Virus record (IMG/VR): IMGVR_UViG_3300045988_085140
DNA from: a virus
DNA: 64,000 nt
Strand: one strand, 5' to 3'
The position numbers and the translations under genes were made by a program. The notes beneath the pieces were generated by a model that was given only the letters and a program-made list of their open reading frames with translations, did no database searches and was not told the origin of the DNA. This document shows, in pieces, positions 43,723-53,878 of the stretch (the first letter of the stretch is position 1; each line of letters begins with the position of its first letter).

Positions 43723-44130
43723 ATGTTTAATAAATATCAAGCAGGTACTGATTTGGCATTCAGCGTTATTGTAGGTGATGAGCGAATGCGTATTGTTTTT
43801 GAGGGTAAGACCATGGGAAGTAGTGTCTATATGACAAGAGACCCGAAGGTACAGAAGGCTATCGAGTCTCATTATTGGTTCAACGACAAGTTCTTCTTGG
43901 TGGAGAGTGTTGACGAGAAGAAGGAAGCTGCGGAAGCCAAGAAGAAGGCTGCTGCCAAGGCAAAGAAGAAAGTGGCTGACGAGAAGAAGACCCACGTAGT
44001 GACAGACGTTGAGGATGCCAAGGACTATCTGGCTGAGACCTATGGTGTGAGCCGTTCCAAGATGAAGACCAAGGAAGACATCTTGGCGATTGCTAAAGAA
44101 AATGGTGTTGAACTAGAAGGTTTAGAGTAA
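43723..44130 (+). CDS. hypothetical head-associated protein with K/A-rich linker
   Basis: 135 aa. EKKEAAEAKKKAAAKAKKKVADEKK is a histone-H1-like tract, followed by a HeH-like C-terminus KEDILAIAKENGVEL. Confidence 0.5.
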   Translation: MFNKYQAGTDLAFSVIVGDERMRIVFEGKTMGSSVYMTRDPKVQKAIESHYWFNDKFFLVESVDEKKEAAEAKKKAAAKAKKKVADEKKTHVVTDVEDAKDYLAETYGVSRSKMKTKEDILAIAKENGVELEGLE

Positions 44131-44780
44131 TGGTAGAATATGCTGTATCTGATTTAGTGAAAGAGGTGAAGGTGCTCTTGGATAGAAACCAAGAGTCTGC
44201 TGGCTTGCTGGCTCCTGACGATTCTGATACACTCTCGCAAGCAGAACTTATTGAGAGTAAAATCGTAGATGCAGCAAGAATCATTCTTTCGGATGCTCCT
44301 GAGGTGGAAGGTACTTCGTGTAAGAATGCTGTAACGTGGACGGATAGCAACGGCTATTACGTGGGTAAGATGGTTTTGCCTACCGATATGCTGAGAATAC
44401 TTTCTGTGAAGGCAGAAGGCTGGAACCGTCCTGCTGAAATCATTTCAGAGAGTGATGATGCCTACAAGTATCAGAACTGCAAATATGGAGTTAGGGGAAA
44501 TCCTGAGCGACCGATTGCGGCTATCGTGCATACGGCTAACGGCAAGAGTATCGAACTATATACCAGCACAAAGCAGGATGCTACGTTGGCATTCATCTAC
44601 GTTCAGGTTCCATCTATCACTACCGAACAGAAAATCAGTCTGCCTTCCGTCCTGAAAGATTCCATCTTATACATGGCTGGCTATCTTACTTGTATCAGCC
44701 TTGGCGATACCGATACTGCAAGCGGATTCCTTGGAGTGGCTAGAAAGTTGGCACATATTGTTGAACCTACAACATCATAA
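44130..44780 (+). CDS. hypothetical head/connector protein
   Basis: 216 aa. TAATG overlap with the previous gene. Lies between the capsid and portal genes. Confidence 0.5.
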   Translation: MVEYAVSDLVKEVKVLLDRNQESAGLLAPDDSDTLSQAELIESKIVDAARIILSDAPEVEGTSCKNAVTWTDSNGYYVGKMVLPTDMLRILSVKAEGWNRPAEIISESDDAYKYQNCKYGVRGNPERPIAAIVHTANGKSIELYTSTKQDATLAFIYVQVPSITTEQKISLPSVLKDSILYMAGYLTCISLGDTDTASGFLGVARKLAHIVEPTTS

Positions 44781-44783
44781 ATT

Positions 44784-46820
44784 ATGGCAAAGAAGAAAGA
44801 TGAAACCAAACTGCTATCGTTGAGTAGGGTACTTGACAAGGAAGAACTGGATAGCGTGAAGGCATCCAAGAACCGATTTGACAAGCCTTACGAGCGTGCC
44901 TTCTCTATCTTGCTGGAGGCTCAACGATACTATAACAACATGGATAACTTCCGAAAGCGAAGACTGAGAAACAAGCGATACTGCTATGGAGACCAGTGGG
45001 GCGATACCATTGAGTTCAAAAGCAAGTGTGGCTTTACTAAGCGTATCAGAGAGGAAGACTATATCCGTGAGCAGGGTAGCGAACCATTGAAGAACAACCT
45101 TATCAGAAGATTGGTGAAGAATGTACTGGGTGTATATCGCTCCCAGAGCAAGGAACCAACATGCAACGCTAGAGATAAGGATGAAAAGCGATATGGCGAG
45201 ACCATGAGCGTGGTGCTGCAATGTAACCGACAACTGAACCGAGAGACGGAACTGGATGCACGAACCATGGAAGAGTTCCTGATAAGCGGTGCTGCTATCT
45301 ATAAGAAAAAGTATGGATGGCGAAGAGGTAGGTTGGATTGTTGGACGGACTACGTGAACCCGAACAATTTCTTCATAGACAACAATATGATGGATTTCCG
45401 TGGTTGGGACGTGAGTTGCTTGGGTGAGGTACATGACATTACCATCGGCAACGTACTGAGAGAGTTTGCCAAGTCTCCTGCTGAAGCTAGGAAGTTGAAG
45501 GAAATATACCGGTTAGCGGCTAACCGAGATTTCGTGATTGCAGACTGCACTCAGCGATTCGGTGAGTTCGACCCTAAGACTATCGACTTTATGAATCCTG
45601 CCAACCCTTCGCTCTGCCGAGTGATTGAGGTTTGGCGCAAGGAGAGTAAGCCAAGGTACCGATGCCACGACTACAACAATGGCGATGATTTCAAGATTGA
45701 TATTGAGGATAAGGCTGATATTGTAGATGCAGAGAACAGAGACAGAATCAGACGAGGTATGGCTGCTGGCATGCTGGAAGAGGATATTCCTCTGATTGAT
45801 GCCGAGTGGTTTATGGATGATTACTGGCATTTCTACTATCTTTCTCCTTTCGGTGATATTCTGAGAGAAGGCGAGACCCCTTATGCTCATGGTGAGCATC
45901 CGTACTGCTTTAAGTTCTATCCGTTCATTGATGGTGAGATACACAGCTTCGTGGAAGATGTGATAGACCAGCAGAGATACGTGAACCGACTTATCACGAT
46001 GTATGACTTCATCATGAGGGCGAGTGCCAAGGGTGTGCTGCTCTGTCCTGAGGATTGTCTTCCTGATGATATGAGTTGGGATGATTTCTGCGATGAGTGG
46101 AGTAGATTCAATGGTGTGGTGAGATACAAGCCAAACAAGAGCGGTCAGGTTCCTCAGCAAGTGGTGAATAACTCTACGAACATCGGTATCGGTGATTTGC
46201 TCAGCTATCAGTTGAAGTTCTTTGAGGATATATCGGGAGTGAACGGAGCATTGCAAGGTAAACCAGGAGTATCAGGTACGAGCGGTTCGCTCTATGCACA
46301 GCAGACACAGAATGCTACCATGTCGCTGCTTGATATATTGGAGACATTCAGCCAGTTCATCATTGATGGTGCTTACAAGACCGTGAAGAATATGCAGCAG
46401 TACTATGACGTGGCTCGTAACTTCAATATCGTGGGTAGGGCAGGACAGATTGTACACTACGACCCTAAGAAGATACGAGACGTTGAGTTTGACATCAACA
46501 TCACGGAAAGTACGGCTACTCCTGTATACAGACAGATGGCAAATGAGTTCCTTATGACCTTATGGCAGAATCAGGCTATCACGCTGGAGCAGTTGTTGCA
46601 AGTAGGAGATTTCCCATTTGGAGAGGAGTTGTTGCAATCGGTTGCATCCAACCAGCAAGCCATTCAGAATGGTGAGACTCCACAAGGATTCTCTCCTCAG
46701 CTTCAAGCCCAAGTTGCTCAGGCATCACAGAGCAATCCGAAGGCTCAGGCGATGTTGCAGCAGATGATGAGCGGTCAGGGAGTGAGTCCTGACGGACAGA
46801 ACCCACCGCTTGCTGCTTAG
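44784..46820 (+). CDS. portal protein
   Basis: 678 aa in the head module. RYCYGDQWGD and overall size fit, and the Q-rich C-terminal tail is portal-like. Assignment by position and general resemblance. Confidence 0.65.
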   Translation: MAKKKDETKLLSLSRVLDKEELDSVKASKNRFDKPYERAFSILLEAQRYYNNMDNFRKRRLRNKRYCYGDQWGDTIEFKSKCGFTKRIREEDYIREQGSEPLKNNLIRRLVKNVLGVYRSQSKEPTCNARDKDEKRYGETMSVVLQCNRQLNRETELDARTMEEFLISGAAIYKKKYGWRRGRLDCWTDYVNPNNFFIDNNMMDFRGWDVSCLGEVHDITIGNVLREFAKSPAEARKLKEIYRLAANRDFVIADCTQRFGEFDPKTIDFMNPANPSLCRVIEVWRKESKPRYRCHDYNNGDDFKIDIEDKADIVDAENRDRIRRGMAAGMLEEDIPLIDAEWFMDDYWHFYYLSPFGDILREGETPYAHGEHPYCFKFYPFIDGEIHSFVEDVIDQQRYVNRLITMYDFIMRASAKGVLLCPEDCLPDDMSWDDFCDEWSRFNGVVRYKPNKSGQVPQQVVNNSTNIGIGDLLSYQLKFFEDISGVNGALQGKPGVSGTSGSLYAQQTQNATMSLLDILETFSQFIIDGAYKTVKNMQQYYDVARNFNIVGRAGQIVHYDPKKIRDVEFDINITESTATPVYRQMANEFLMTLWQNQAITLEQLLQVGDFPFGEELLQSVASNQQAIQNGETPQGFSPQLQAQVAQASQSNPKAQAMLQQMMSGQGVSPDGQNPPLAA

Positions 46821-46850
46821 TTTATAACTTATAGTTAATAGTTTATAGTT

Positions 46851-47072
46851 ATGATTGCAGACAAACCAAGTGACAAGGAATGGTATGGCAATGGGAAACC
46901 TGATGCCAGCCAAGGTGGCAACCCGAATGGTGGTGTTGCTTCAGAGACCCAAGGTAGGGAGAATAAGCCAGAACTTTACGAGAATGACGTTATCGGAAAG
47001 GTGGCGAAACGCAAGAAAAGCGACATCTGGACGAGGGGTGGAGAGAAGAGAACCAGATTTAAGGACGAATAA
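46851..47072 (+). CDS. small basic protein sharing motifs with the MCP N-arm and the scaffold C-terminus
   Basis: 73 aa. SETQGRENKPELYENDVIGKVAK resembles MCP ATEGKGRE..EFYENDINDKITK. DIWTRGGEKRTRF resembles scaffold NIWERGNEKRTRI. Confidence 0.55.
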   Translation: MIADKPSDKEWYGNGKPDASQGGNPNGGVASETQGRENKPELYENDVIGKVAKRKKSDIWTRGGEKRTRFKDE

Positions 47073-47167
47073 AGAAAGGAGGTGTTTTTATCGTAACTGT
47101 ATTTGTCTGATATTCAGATAGCTACAGAAATATCTACGAGTTTATGGTGCTGCGTTTAAGATATTCG

Positions 47168-47175
47168 TATCTTTG
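47168..47175 (+). promoter_or_regulatory. -7 box TATCTTTG
   Basis: Consensus box 30 nt upstream of ATG 47206. No GGATAA element is present. Confidence 0.45.
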
Positions 47176-47205
47176 CAACATCATAAACTTTTAATTTGTA
47201 TAGGT

Positions 47206-47691
47206 ATGAATTTCGTAGATTTCGTAGAAAAGTATCAGCAGGAAATGGCTCCTGAACAGATGTTGGCTATAGCTAAGGCAGTCGGCAAGTATCTCTCATG
47301 CAAGTTGAGCGATGTGGAGGAGCATCATCTTTGTGCGATGGTGTATGGTGTGTTGAGCGAAGAGCATTTTGATAAGCACTTTGCCGATGATGCTATCAGC
47401 AAGATGTGGTATGAGGATGCTGACGGAACCAAGCACATGGCTCCCTTCTTCTCGGACGATGAGATAAGAGAAGCCTTTGACAAGCATCAGGATGATATTT
47501 CTGACTATACCATCTATGACTTGGCGGTAACTATGAATCTGCTGAGGAGTGACCATCATCTTCTGCTGGAGCGATATAGCAATGATGCAGAGGAGTTGAA
47601 GGAAATGGTGGTTTTGATGGCTATCGAGTATCTGCAAGACCCTGACTGCTTGCATCCTACCAGCAAAATATGGCACACAATAAACGGATAA
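47206..47691 (+). CDS. hypothetical protein
   Basis: 161 aa from the ATG (MNFVDFVEKYQ). Table start 47173 is a TTG inside the -7 box. The stop codon is part of the next promoter element (AAC GGA TAA). Confidence 0.55.
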   Translation: MNFVDFVEKYQQEMAPEQMLAIAKAVGKYLSCKLSDVEEHHLCAMVYGVLSEEHFDKHFADDAISKMWYEDADGTKHMAPFFSDDEIREAFDKHQDDISDYTIYDLAVTMNLLRSDHHLLLERYSNDAEELKEMVVLMAIEYLQDPDCLHPTSKIWHTING

Positions 47692-47723
47692 AGTAACTAA
47701 TTGGGAATCATTTCTTATCTTTG
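47681..47723 (+). promoter_or_regulatory. late-type promoter: TAAACGGATAAAG + 24 nt + TATCTTTG
   Basis: GGATAA at 47686-47691 and the -7 box at 47716-47723. Drives the lysis cassette. Confidence 0.6.
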
Positions 47724-47753
47724 CATATTATTAATAATATATAAATATAAGAT

Positions 47754-48017
47754 ATGACTCCAAATGTACGTGAAGGATTGCAATATGGTGCAGCTATAGG
47801 AATGCTAGTGAGTGGTGTTGTACTCACCTTCCTATCATTCTTTCTCGACAATTATGTGGTGTCTGATGGTGTGCTGTGGTATGTCAGTCAGACATTGGTT
47901 TACTCTGGAGCAATATTCGGGGTAAACGTTTATTTCAAGACAAAACTAGGCAACTTTGAGAGCAAGGTGAAGGATGAACTCGCAAGTATGCTGAAACAAG
48001 TGAAGGAGGGCAAGTAA
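47754..48017 (+). CDS. holin (two TM segments)
   Basis: 87 aa with two hydrophobic helices and a charged C-terminus. Immediately upstream of the endolysin. Confidence 0.65.
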   Translation: MTPNVREGLQYGAAIGMLVSGVVLTFLSFFLDNYVVSDGVLWYVSQTLVYSGAIFGVNVYFKTKLGNFESKVKDELASMLKQVKEGK

Positions 48018-48018
48018 T

Positions 48019-48567
48019 ATGAAGGTAACAAGAGAACAGATTTTGGCTATTATGCCGAATGCCAAGGATAAGATGGATGCGTTTCTTCCTTATATCAATG
48101 GCTATGCTGAGGTGTTCCATATTGATACTCCTAAGCGAATGGCTCATTTCTTGGCTCAAATTGCACATGAAAGTGGTGAACTGAGATACACCAAGGAACT
48201 CGGCAACAAGGACTACTTCCATAGGTATGATGTGGGCAAGTTGAAGAACATGCTCGGCAACCTTAAAGATGGTGATGGCTACAAGTATCGGGGTAGGGGA
48301 TTGATTCAGATTACTGGCAGAGCCAACTATCAGGCTTATCAGAACAGCAAGTATTGCACTGGTGACATCATGGAGAATCCTCAGTTGCTGGAGCTTCCGC
48401 TAGGAGCAACGAAGAGTGCTATGTGGTGGTGGTGGAAACATGACCTGAACAAACTGGCTGATAGTGATAGTTTCGTGGCTATTACCAAGACAATCAATGG
48501 TGGAACCAACGGCTTGAAATCAAGACGAAAGTTTCTTACAAGAGCAAAGAAGGTCTTTAATGTTTAG
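48019..48567 (+). CDS. endolysin, GH19 chitinase-like muramidase
   Basis: MAHFLAQIAHESGELRYTKE ... YRGRGLIQITGRANY is a hallmark of GH19-type phage lysins. Confidence 0.85.
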   Translation: MKVTREQILAIMPNAKDKMDAFLPYINGYAEVFHIDTPKRMAHFLAQIAHESGELRYTKELGNKDYFHRYDVGKLKNMLGNLKDGDGYKYRGRGLIQITGRANYQAYQNSKYCTGDIMENPQLLELPLGATKSAMWWWWKHDLNKLADSDSFVAITKTINGGTNGLKSRRKFLTRAKKVFNV

Positions 48568-48570
48568 CCT

Positions 48571-49038
48571 ATGAAAGTAAAATGGTACGATACTGATTTT
48601 TGGCAAGTAGCACTCTACGTGATTGGTATCTTGCTGGTGGCTTTTCTTCTGTCGGGATGCAAGACAAAATACGTCCCGATGGAAAAAGTTATATGTCGGG
48701 ACGTAGTAAAACACGATACGCTGCATACTTCTGACAGCGTTTTTGTGCGTGATTCCATCTTTCTCAGACAGAAGGGAGATACTTGCTTTCTTGACCGATG
48801 GCATGAGAAGAGCATTTATAAAAATGTGTATAAGGTGAAGGTGGATTCCTTCCTGAAAAGAGATTCCATCCCAGTTCCCTACCCAGTTGAAAAACAACTC
48901 TCCAAGTGGGAGCAGTTTCAGTTGAAATATGCAGTATGGTCATTTTTGGCACTCTGCATGCTGTTAATCGTATTAGGCTATAAACTCTATAAAAAGATAA
49001 AGAATGGCAAATTTCACATTGACAATCACGAAAAGTGA
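48571..49038 (+). CDS. unimolecular-spanin-like lipoprotein
   Basis: N-terminal lipobox LLSGC plus a C-terminal TM segment WSFLALCMLLIVLGYKLY. Directly after the endolysin. Confidence 0.55.
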   Translation: MKVKWYDTDFWQVALYVIGILLVAFLLSGCKTKYVPMEKVICRDVVKHDTLHTSDSVFVRDSIFLRQKGDTCFLDRWHEKSIYKNVYKVKVDSFLKRDSIPVPYPVEKQLSKWEQFQLKYAVWSFLALCMLLIVLGYKLYKKIKNGKFHIDNHEK

Positions 49039-49453
49039 CATCTATGAGGAGGTGGCAAAGACTACTGCCTACATAGGAGGAAAGAACTTGGATAAAAACG
49101 GAAAAAGTCTGTATGACCAAGTGTTTGTGACGGAAGCTGATAGAGAAATGCTGGAAGGCTTTTGGGAAGATTCCATTGATGATGTTTCCGTAGCCTTGGA
49201 GAGTATTCTTGTATGGAAGAAGTGTGACTCAGGCAGCAACGAGGTCTTTGGTCTGAGAGTAAGCAGCCTTTTTAATGAGAGTTTATTTAAGACCTTAGAA
49301 TCAACGGTTTTTAGTTATGTAGTCAACAAAATAGTAGCAGAATGGTGCTCAGTAGTCTATAAAGATAAGGTGGAAGATTATCTCTCCAAGGCAAACGTTT
49401 TGCTGCTAAAGATTGACGCAATCATTTATACACGTAAAAGACCAACAAGATAG
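49004..49453 (+). CDS. hypothetical protein
   Basis: 149-aa ORF with an ATG start. Overlaps the spanin-like gene by 35 nt. Confidence 0.5.
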   Translation: MANFTLTITKSDIYEEVAKTTAYIGGKNLDKNGKSLYDQVFVTEADREMLEGFWEDSIDDVSVALESILVWKKCDSGSNEVFGLRVSSLFNESLFKTLESTVFSYVVNKIVAEWCSVVYKDKVEDYLSKANVLLLKIDAIIYTRKRPTR

Positions 49454-49464
49454 GAGGATAGGAT

Positions 49465-50013
49465 ATGAGGTATTGTAATAAAGGATATAAAGTGATGATA
49501 GAGTTGGAAAAGAATGAGTTGGTATATGACATCAAGAATACTGCTTTTTCTTTTGCTGATTCTTATTCCAAGCAGAAAGGTATAGATGCAAAACAATTAA
49601 AGAATGTGTTTGACGTATCAGAGGAAGGAAACCGAGATAAGTTAGCAAGGATTCTAGACTCAGCAGTAGAGGATTGCAGAGAAATGCTTTTCCGTTTCAC
49701 CAAGGTGGAAATGCTCGGTGGCGGCTTTGATTCCAACGAGTGGGAAGAGTGTATAGGTTCGCCTACCAACGAGGAGGATGCCTACTACTTGGCGATGAGG
49801 ATGCCGCAAGGTTTTTCTAAGACAAGTGTACATACCATGACCGTCTACTTGCATGACTATATCGTGAACCAATGCCTTTATGAATGGTTAATGATTGTGT
49901 TTCCTGATGGTGCTGATAGATTCTGGGCACTGGCTGAGGATAAGAAACAGAAGATTAAGGATGCAAGCAACCGCTCGGCTGTTAGAGCAAGAATCGCTTT
50001 GCATCCATTTTAA
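49465..50013 (+). CDS. hypothetical protein
   Basis: 182-aa ORF with GGAGGA upstream of the ATG. Confidence 0.5.
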   Translation: MRYCNKGYKVMIELEKNELVYDIKNTAFSFADSYSKQKGIDAKQLKNVFDVSEEGNRDKLARILDSAVEDCREMLFRFTKVEMLGGGFDSNEWEECIGSPTNEEDAYYLAMRMPQGFSKTSVHTMTVYLHDYIVNQCLYEWLMIVFPDGADRFWALAEDKKQKIKDASNRSAVRARIALHPF

Positions 50014-50043
50014 ATGATTAGTCGTTTAAGGCTAAGATAAAGC

Positions 50044-50086
50044 AAGGGAAGCTATCCATCACGGACTGCTTCCCTTTATTTTTTAT
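50044..50086. terminator. rho-independent terminator between convergent operons
   Basis: AAGGGAAGC (50044-50052) pairs with GCTTCCCTT (50068-50076), followed by TATTTTTT. Confidence 0.65.
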
Positions 50087-50111
50087 ATAGCAAAAAAATA
50101 TTTATCTAAGT

Positions 50112-50954
50112 TTATGTTCCACTAGACGTGGACTCCTGCTTGGTAGTTACCGAACCAGTAACAGCAGCATTAATATTGATACTCTCAGGCAAGGTCTTGA
50201 CATTTACGTCTGTAGCAGCCAGCTTCAATCCGTTCTTCTGCTGGTCGGCATACTGATTCTTATCCTGAGCGATAAAGTTGTTGATAGCTGTAGCTATGTT
50301 GTAGAGCAGTTTATCGGTGTCGCTGCTGAGAGAATCAGAATCAACTGATGCGTACTTGTTGTTCTCAACGGTTGCCGATGTTGTCTCCTTCTCACGATAA
50401 AGAACAGCCTGATTGATGAACTCCTGAGCAAACAAGAATGACTTGCTTACAAGTTGCTTAATCTTGGTGTTGTCTATATTGAGCGGATTTTCATACTTCT
50501 GTAGCATAGCCTGCAAGCAACTTGCGGCTACTTCTTCTCTAGGCTGTAGGGTAGCGATTGAGAAGATTTCCTCTTCTTTGCCGCTTTCCTCTGTTCCACC
50601 TGTCTCTGATGCGGTAGATATTCCGTATTTAGGGAATGGGCGAGCATTTGATGTTCCATCAGATGAGGTTTCTCTGACGAGTTTAGTGCCAGTTGTTTTT
50701 GTGATGTTGGAGTCTACAATATAGGCAACACCTACTTTAGTTTTATTCAGATTATAGAGATTTCCGTCTGAGTCGAAATAGAACAACTGGTATAAGTTGT
50801 TGTTGAATATCACATATCCCATGTACATATTTGTACCTAAAGGATAAATGTTGATACATGTGGATAGAACTATCTTGTCATCTATTTTCGTTCCCAAGGA
50901 TGCACCTTGCTCAACCTTGTATTTATCGAAGTCGGTTAATGTATATTCTGCCAT
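50112..50954 (-). CDS. virion structural protein, hypothetical
   Basis: 280 aa, downstream of the 973-aa structural gene. S/T-rich C-terminus. Confidence 0.5.
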   Translation of the reverse strand: MAEYTLTDFDKYKVEQGASLGTKIDDKIVLSTCINIYPLGTNMYMGYVIFNNNLYQLFYFDSDGNLYNLNKTKVGVAYIVDSNITKTTGTKLVRETSSDGTSNARPFPKYGISTASETGGTEESGKEEEIFSIATLQPREEVAASCLQAMLQKYENPLNIDNTKIKQLVSKSFLFAQEFINQAVLYREKETTSATVENNKYASVDSDSLSSDTDKLLYNIATAINNFIAQDKNQYADQQKNGLKLAATDVNVKTLPESININAAVTGSVTTKQESTSSGT

Positions 50955-50956
50955 AA

Positions 50957-53878
50957 TTATCTGAGTTTATTTTGTAATCTTGTTTGGAATTCTGTAGATA
51001 GTGCGCTGATAGATTCTTTTGGGGCAAGATTGCCCATAAGCGCAAGCCTGAAATATTTGTATGGCGAACCGACAAGGTTTCTGAGATACATATTTACAGA
51101 AGAACCAACGTAATACCAATTAGCTAAATCATTACTTCCAAACAGAACCGTTTCACACTTTCCTGCCTGAATGCTGCTGAAATATCCTCTTGTAATGCAA
51201 TCGAACATGGTCTTATAGGCATCCTGACCAAGCGTTAAAGGACGGCTAGATAGGAAGAATGGAACATTCTCTGTTGGCTCCTTCACATACACATCGAGTA
51301 TGTTTCCTGCTTTGTCTGTAGCGTATGACTCTGGATATATGTTTACTCGCTTGTTGAAGACATTGTGCATGGTTCCCCACATCTTGCTTTTCAAAGAGTA
51401 AACGTAAGCATAAGTATAGTTTGGGTTGAACACTATGATACGGCTATCGTAATAGTCGTAAATCATATCAGCTTCTTCGAGATACTTACGGAAACGGACA
51501 TACTTCACATCTGACTCAGGAATATTACCTAGTGCAAGGAGTTTATTCGGATAGGTCTTATCCTTTGTTGAATGTGAATAAATGGATAGAAAATCGAAAG
51601 GATAATCATCCAGTACATCGGTAAGACAAACAGACTCTCTTCCTTGCTGCATCATGATTCCTCGCTCTGTCGGGAACAGAACTGCATCATCAATCTGCAA
51701 AATGCCTTTAGGGTTGGAGCAAATTTCACGTAAAGCTGGTTGTCGTGACTGATATGTTCCTGTATCAGTCAACATGACTACCCATACACCTTCATCGGTG
51801 AATGCGTATATTGGAGCATCACCAAATTGACCTTCGCTGATTGGTCGGGTGTTGGCGGCTAGTGCGCTGATGATAGAAGAACCTACCTGAACAGAATTTG
51901 CTGCTGGGAATACCAAAGGATTCTCGGCTTCGCTAACCTTTATGACGTTTGGATGCTGTGTGATATATTTTTGGCTCACGACATTACTTAAAGCAGCATC
52001 GTATTCTTCCTTGGTTATCTCTGTGAAGTCACCTGTATCTATTGGTGTGTTGTCCCAATAATATGAAGATGAAATGACCGTTCCACCTTGATTTCCAAAA
52101 CTACCACCTCCATTACTTCCTGCTCTCGTTGTTCCACCTGATGAATCCTTTTTAAGGAGTTTATGGCGGTATATTTGCATGAAAGCAGGAAGACCAGCAT
52201 CATCGTGATATAGGTACATGTAATCAGACAACTCAGCTTTTTCTTCTTCTGTAGGCGCATCAACTCTTCCTCCAAAACCTTGATTATCCAAAGAACCAGA
52301 AGATTGTCTATCAACTGCGATAGGAGTGGTACGATTCTTACTGATATTGATATAGTAAGACATACCGAATGTATCGGAAGGCTTTAAACTTACCCTCTTG
52401 GAATAATACTTGTCATACTTCGGTAAGTGAAAATAGATAGTCATTGCCGTAGCAAGCGTGTTGGGATATGCCAAGATAGGGCAGATAGGATATTGCAGTT
52501 TCCCCTTGTGGTATATATCTCGTTTGATGCTATTTTCGCTGATGCTTACCTTGAAGACTGCATCGCAAATATAATCGGTGGTAGCGGTGCTACTAGTTGC
52601 AACATCTACATACTCATTTAGGCATAGCTGTGCATTTGAAATTTTTCTCTTGGAGAAAATATCTGTATCGAAAGCATTATAGATGGTCTTCTTTACGTTT
52701 CCTATATGCAATCGGTTGTTGTATGTTATAGAGCACTTGCCTCCAAAAGTGTCTCGCTTGAAGTCTGCCAAAGAAATACTTTCTCCTGTCTGTAAAACTC
52801 GTTTGAGTTGTATATCTGTGCCTAGCTTTTCCTTGCTGATACTGGCACTTAGATAGAAGGATTTGTTTTCAAACGACTGATAAATATCTTCCTCTGACAA
52901 ATATTGGAAGGCATCACAATTCACACCTGATGCCATTTTGTTATTCCAAAGAAAACAATTATTTCGTGAAATACCTCTAGTTCTTTTTTCTGTATCAATA
53001 AAAGATTCAGGCTGGGACAGATAAACATCTACACCAAGAATAAGGTCTTCCAAGCCTTCGGGTATATCCATGCTGACATTTATGGTGTGGGTGTGAAGAC
53101 TTGTGCTTGTGCCTACAGATTTCTTTTCCTGATACCAGATAAACTTATTGAATGATGTTTCAGGCGCAAGGATGAATGGATTTGATATATTTATGTGTGA
53201 GGTTCCATCATATAACTTGATAGCCAATACTCCAAAAACTGTATATTTGAAGTACTCCTTGCCTTTTTCGTTTAGTCGTTTGTTGATAAGTGAATCAAAT
53301 GCGTTGAATATGATAGATGCGCCTTTGAGAGAAGTATCTACGTTATTATTAAAGTGTCTGTTCGTCTCAAAAGCATTATCCCAATCATCGCCAAGGTTGA
53401 TTGATACATCACATTTATCAGACTTAACATTGGTGATTGTTGCACTATATCTAAGTGAAGAAAGGTCGAAACTTGTGTAGTTGCTACCTTTCCAATATGC
53501 GTACATTGTTTTCTCGTCACCTATGAAACATAAGATATTGCCAACTGCTGTGACGGCATTGACGTGGAATCCGTTGAGGTTGATGGTGTTCTTGGTTCCG
53601 TCTCCACTTTTCTCTAGCCAGTACCAAGTATCATCTGATTTACGGATGATGTAGTGAGAGTGAATCGTTTCATCGTGTGTTACCTTATGAACCAGTTCTA
53701 TTGTGTCTCCTGAATCCAGCGTGATGTTCTGCTCTACTACTACTGGCTGGTGAATAGGGTGGAGTGCCCCATCCTCGTTGATGAGGTTGAGGCAGGTTGC
53801 CAACTCCCCATCCTGACAATCGTAGTCGGATGGAGAGTGGGTAAGCCCTTTGAGTATTACTTCTTGTCTTGTTGCCAT
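50957..53878 (-). CDS. large virion structural protein (tail/nozzle-type)
   Basis: 973 aa. N-terminus LKGLTHSPSDYDCQDGELATCLNLINEDGALHPI resembles podovirus tail-tube/stabilisation proteins. Assignment mostly by size and context. Confidence 0.5.
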   Translation of the reverse strand: MATRQEVILKGLTHSPSDYDCQDGELATCLNLINEDGALHPIHQPVVVEQNITLDSGDTIELVHKVTHDETIHSHYIIRKSDDTWYWLEKSGDGTKNTINLNGFHVNAVTAVGNILCFIGDEKTMYAYWKGSNYTSFDLSSLRYSATITNVKSDKCDVSINLGDDWDNAFETNRHFNNNVDTSLKGASIIFNAFDSLINKRLNEKGKEYFKYTVFGVLAIKLYDGTSHINISNPFILAPETSFNKFIWYQEKKSVGTSTSLHTHTINVSMDIPEGLEDLILGVDVYLSQPESFIDTEKRTRGISRNNCFLWNNKMASGVNCDAFQYLSEEDIYQSFENKSFYLSASISKEKLGTDIQLKRVLQTGESISLADFKRDTFGGKCSITYNNRLHIGNVKKTIYNAFDTDIFSKRKISNAQLCLNEYVDVATSSTATTDYICDAVFKVSISENSIKRDIYHKGKLQYPICPILAYPNTLATAMTIYFHLPKYDKYYSKRVSLKPSDTFGMSYYINISKNRTTPIAVDRQSSGSLDNQGFGGRVDAPTEEEKAELSDYMYLYHDDAGLPAFMQIYRHKLLKKDSSGGTTRAGSNGGGSFGNQGGTVISSSYYWDNTPIDTGDFTEITKEEYDAALSNVVSQKYITQHPNVIKVSEAENPLVFPAANSVQVGSSIISALAANTRPISEGQFGDAPIYAFTDEGVWVVMLTDTGTYQSRQPALREICSNPKGILQIDDAVLFPTERGIMMQQGRESVCLTDVLDDYPFDFLSIYSHSTKDKTYPNKLLALGNIPESDVKYVRFRKYLEEADMIYDYYDSRIIVFNPNYTYAYVYSLKSKMWGTMHNVFNKRVNIYPESYATDKAGNILDVYVKEPTENVPFFLSSRPLTLGQDAYKTMFDCITRGYFSSIQAGKCETVLFGSNDLANWYYVGSSVNMYLRNLVGSPYKYFRLALMGNLAPKESISALSTEFQTRLQNKLR

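Noticed and set aside
41547-46256. Antisense ORFs in the head module (41547..42320 -, 43176..43652 -, 44814..45434 -, 45513..46256 -)
   Set aside because: They are shadow frames of the scaffold, capsid and portal genes, with no regulatory signals.
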